From the NCBI GenBank assembly GCA_964569425.1, contig CAZMVD010000004.1, positions 12,983-76,982 of the forward strand: a stretch of DNA of 64,000 nucleotides, read 5' to 3'. The position numbers and the translations under genes were made by a program. Source of the stretch: an uncultured Phycisphaeraceae bacterium (GTDB lineage Bacteria > Planctomycetota > Phycisphaerae > UBA1845). Shown here one piece after another: positions 61,140 to 64,000 of the stretch; the stretch's first letter is position 1, and every line of letters starts with the position of its first letter. The notes under the pieces are model-generated. The model searched no databases. It was not told where the DNA came from and saw only the letters and a list, made by a program, of their open reading frames with translations.

Positions 61140-62354
61140 ATGTTGATCGACGTTGACGAGGCTCATCGCATACTGTTTGCCCATGTCCGCGCGGGGGCGA
61201 AGGAACGGCAGCCGCTGCGCGCCGCCCTGTATCGCACGCTGGCGGAAGACGTGCATTGTGATATCGATTTTCCGCCCTTCGACCGTTCGATGATGGATGG
61301 CTTCGCGGTGCGCGCGGCAGATACGGTCGCGGCGCCGACCACGCTGGCGGTCGCGGGGCAAATCGCGGCCGGGGCAGCAGCGGGCCGGGCGCTGGCGGCC
61401 GGCGAAGCCATGCAGATCAACACCGGGGCACCTTTGCCCCGGGGTGCCGATGCGGTCGCACGCCTGGAGCAAACGGAGCTGCGCGAGAATGGGTCGAAGG
61501 TGGTGGTGCAACAGGCCTTGACGCCCGGGAAATTTGTGACATATCGTGGCACTTATGCACGCGCCGGGCAGACGGTGCTGGCGGCGGGAACCGTACTCAC
61601 GCCCATAAACGTGGGTGCGGCCGCCACGTGTGGCGCCAGCATGGTGACGGTGTATCGACGGCCGACCATGGCGATTCTGCCCACGGGCGACGAGTTGATC
61701 GACATCGATCAGGTGCCGGCCGGTGCAAAGATCCGTAATTCGAATGCGTTCATGCTCGAGGCGCTGGTGCGCGATGCCCATGCGTCACCTTTGATACTGG
61801 GCACGGCGCGCGACGACCGCGACGATATTCGCCGGCGCATGGCCGAGGGGCGGCGTTGCGACGTGCTGTGCATCACGGGCGGGGTTTCGGTCGGCGCGTT
61901 CGACTTTGTGCCGGAGCTGGTGCGTGAGTCCGGCGCCCGAATTCTGATCGAGAAACTGGCCATCAAGCCGGGCCGACCGGCTTTGGTGGCCCTGAGCCGG
62001 GATGGGAAGCTCATCTGTGCGCTGCCGGGCAATCCCCTGAGCGCCTTTGTAGGCTTTGAACTCCTGGTGCGACCGGTGCTGGCGGCACTCGAAGGACGCG
62101 CCGGCTGGACGCCGGCGACCGTGCACGCAGTCTTGGACGGCGCGTTGCCGTCCACGGGCAACCGTCGAAGCTACCTGCCGGCGCGCGCGTGCATCACACC
62201 ACAAGGCGGTTGGAAGGTCCGACCCCTGGCGTGGCAGGGATCGGGAGATGCCTTGGGGGCGGCGACGGCGAATGCGTTGATCGCCCGTTCGCCGAACGAT
62301 AGCGCGACGGCGCCGGGTGATTCGGTGTCCGTTATACTGCTGGAGCGATTGTAG
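61140..62354 (+). CDS. moeA: Molybdopterin molybdotransferase MoeA
   Basis: FPPFDRSMMDGFAVRA, INTGAPLPRGADAV, PTGDEL, IRNSNAFML, ITGGVSVGAFDFV and KPGRP are MoeA hallmarks. The start is ATG 61140 (MLIDVDEAHRIL) or 61110. The track start 61026 is too long. Confidence 0.9.
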   Translation: MLIDVDEAHRILFAHVRAGAKERQPLRAALYRTLAEDVHCDIDFPPFDRSMMDGFAVRAADTVAAPTTLAVAGQIAAGAAAGRALAAGEAMQINTGAPLPRGADAVARLEQTELRENGSKVVVQQALTPGKFVTYRGTYARAGQTVLAAGTVLTPINVGAAATCGASMVTVYRRPTMAILPTGDELIDIDQVPAGAKIRNSNAFMLEALVRDAHASPLILGTARDDRDDIRRRMAEGRRCDVLCITGGVSVGAFDFVPELVRESGARILIEKLAIKPGRPALVALSRDGKLICALPGNPLSAFVGFELLVRPVLAALEGRAGWTPATVHAVLDGALPSTGNRRSYLPARACITPQGGWKVRPLAWQGSGDALGAATANALIARSPNDSATAPGDSVSVILLERL

Positions 62355-62466
62355 GCCAGGGGATGACCGGGCGGGGTAAGGACTCCCTCCCTTGGGACGG
62401 CACGGGACGGAATCGCGTGCCACGCCGTGGCATCAGCTTTTTCGGGGTCGGGCGAAAGTCGAGGGC

Positions 62467-64000
62467 ATGGCCAGGACGGTGACGGTGAAGCGAGCACTCG
62501 AAAGGCGGCGAAAGGGTCATGCGCGCGGGGCTGCGCCGGAGCCGGAGTTGGTGGCGGCTTCTGCCGCGCCCGGCCTGCGCGACACACGGGACATGCACAC
62601 CCACGGGCCGCTGCTCCTGCTGGCGCTGGCAACGCTCTTCTTCAAGAGCCTGATTTTCGCACCGATTTCGATCTGGCCGCTGGCGTTTGTATGCCTGACG
62701 CCGTGGTTGGTGCTCGTGGGCTGTGCCAGTCGGGCGCCCCGCGTGTACTTTTACAGCGTGGTATTGGGGGCGGCCTTCTTCCTGATCAACATGCGCTGGA
62801 TGTACCCGGCCACGGGGTGGGGCTATCTCGCGTTGTCCCTCTATCAGACGGTGTACTTTCCGCTGATGGCGATCCCCGTGCGTTCGGTGATCCGACGACG
62901 GAACTGGCCCCTCGCGGTCGTGTTTCCGTGTGTCTGGGTGGGGGGCGAGATTCTTCGCGCGGTGGTGCTGTCCGGCTTTCCGTGGTTTTTTCTGTCGCAC
63001 GGTTTGTACCAGGTGTTGAGCTTGATTCAGGTGAGCGATCTGGTGGGCGCCTATGGCGTGAGTTTCGTGGCGGCCACCGTCAATGGTGCGGTTGCCGACG
63101 TCATCATCTGCCGATGGCGAAAAGCACGCATGGCGCCGCGTCAAGGAAACGGCCGGCAGGGGCGCGGTGGACAATGGGAGGCATGGCGCTCGGCCCTGCG
63201 AGAGCGGCGGGTGAGTGTCGTGCTGGCGCTGGCATTGCCGGCTCTTTGCATCGTGTATGGGCAAGTGCGGCTGCGGCAGAACACCGGCAGTATCGGGCCG
63301 AAGGTCGCGGTTCTCCAGGGTGATTTCGTCAACACGGTAGAAGGCGACGAAGTGCCCGACGTGGAAAAGCGAGCGATCTACTTCTCCATGCTGGACGCGG
63401 CCGCGGAACAACAACCGGACTTGTTTCTGTTGCCAGAGACGCCGTGGATCATCTATTTGAACCCGGAAGTGCGCGACTTTTTCCCCATGAGCCGCGAGAG
63501 TTTCCAGGCTTTCCATTCGCGCGCCCAGCGAAGGAGCGCATACATCGTGACCGGCAGCGCCTCGATGGTTCCCACGCCCGATGACTTGCTTACCAAAGAC
63601 CGACGCTACAATTCCGCCATGGTCTTCCATCCCGATGGCCGCGAGCCGGGCCGCTACGACAAGAATCACCTGGTATACTTCGGCGAGGTGGTCCCTTTCC
63701 GTTTTGGACGATTTCACTCACTCTACTTGTGGCTCAACCGCATCATGCCCTTCAGCGGACCGGATGGCGACTATGAGTATTCCCTGTTCCCCGGCGACGG
63801 GTTCAAGGTCTTCGCCATGCAGCCGAAGTCGCAGCTGACGCAGACCTTTCGCTTCGGTGTGCCCATCTGCTACGAGGACGTCATGCCCTACGTCAGCCGC
63901 AGGTTCACCTACGACGGCGGCGAAAAACGGGTGGACTTCCTGCTGAACATCAGCAATGACGGCTGGTTCGGGCGCGGCATTCAACAGCCCCAGCACCTGG
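62467..64000 (+). CDS. lnt: Apolipoprotein N-acyltransferase Lnt (5' part; continues beyond the window end)
   Basis: Not in the ORF track because there is no stop before 64000. I translated frame 1 from the first ATG after an in-frame TAA at 62377. It gives N-terminal TM helices (LLLLALATLFFKSLIFAPISIWPLAFVCLTPWLVLV, GFPWFFLSHG). The CN-hydrolase domain follows with the E/K/C triad context: FLLPETPW, RYDKNHLVYFGEVVPF, FGVPICYEDV, NISNDGWF. Confidence 0.87.
   Translation, partial: MARTVTVKRALERRRKGHARGAAPEPELVAASAAPGLRDTRDMHTHGPLLLLALATLFFKSLIFAPISIWPLAFVCLTPWLVLVGCASRAPRVYFYSVVLGAAFFLINMRWMYPATGWGYLALSLYQTVYFPLMAIPVRSVIRRRNWPLAVVFPCVWVGGEILRAVVLSGFPWFFLSHGLYQVLSLIQVSDLVGAYGVSFVAATVNGAVADVIICRWRKARMAPRQGNGRQGRGGQWEAWRSALRERRVSVVLALALPALCIVYGQVRLRQNTGSIGPKVAVLQGDFVNTVEGDEVPDVEKRAIYFSMLDAAAEQQPDLFLLPETPWIIYLNPEVRDFFPMSRESFQAFHSRAQRRSAYIVTGSASMVPTPDDLLTKDRRYNSAMVFHPDGREPGRYDKNHLVYFGEVVPFRFGRFHSLYLWLNRIMPFSGPDGDYEYSLFPGDGFKVFAMQPKSQLTQTFRFGVPICYEDVMPYVSRRFTYDGGEKRVDFLLNISNDGWFGRGIQQPQHL

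Noticed and set aside
60927-61781. Upstream part of the 398-aa minus-strand ORF
   Set aside because: It is antisense to moeA. Only the last 113 codons encode a plausible (membrane) protein.
62332-63717. 461-aa minus ORF and 298-aa plus ORF (62427-63323)
   Set aside because: Both are off-frame or antisense shadows of lnt, which occupies the remaining plus frame and carries the CN-hydrolase catalytic-triad motifs.

Overview
High-GC bacterial chromosomal segment. GC was not computed, but third codon positions are visibly G/C-dominated, so nearly every real gene carries long antisense or off-frame shadow ORFs in the supplied track. I support about 48 protein genes (one a 5' remnant, one running off the window end) and one tRNA-Arg(ACG). 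I found no rRNA, CRISPR array, transposase, integrase or phage block.

Gene content points to Planctomycetota, possibly Phycisphaerae-like. The clues are several groEL paralogues, an RRM RNA-binding protein, dockerin-like D-x-D-x-DG modules, DCNxNGxPDxC Cys repeats, a giant BatA-like VWA protein with MoxR, and many lipobox or secreted proteins. This is inference from content only, not a phylogenetic result.

Housekeeping genes:
- groEL-groES-groEL-dnaJ (79-5263, minus)
- acyl desaturase
- czcB/czcA-type RND metal efflux
- der, folC, aroB, adk-like kinase, thiS-thiG, moeA
- lnt, which is open-ended at 64000 and absent from the ORF track

Most interesting accessory content:
1. 8617-15594 (minus): a three-gene cluster. 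It encodes a Cys-repeat/dockerin-like exoprotein, a signal-peptide octahaem (8x CxxCH) cytochrome c carrying a dockerin-like module, and a NapH-like membrane polyferredoxin fused to a TPR array. The last two genes overlap as GTGA. No known terminal reductase or oxidase lies nearby.
2. 34481-39398 (minus): a tandem array of secreted proteins. They share an N-terminal F(T/S)YQGQL...RWLQI...PRQ module joined to unrelated C-terminal heads. The array includes a 37-codon 5' remnant and a possibly decayed copy.
3. 50734-56380: an orphan EpsI-like gene followed by a 1529-aa TPR giant, with no exosortase in view.
4. 58650-59529: an overlapping pair of unknown genes in a locally lower-GC pocket.
5. 24639-25344: a 700-bp non-coding gap containing a promoter-like element and a strong orphan intrinsic terminator, which may mark an sRNA or leader.

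All functional calls rest on motifs I can read in the translations. No database search was run.
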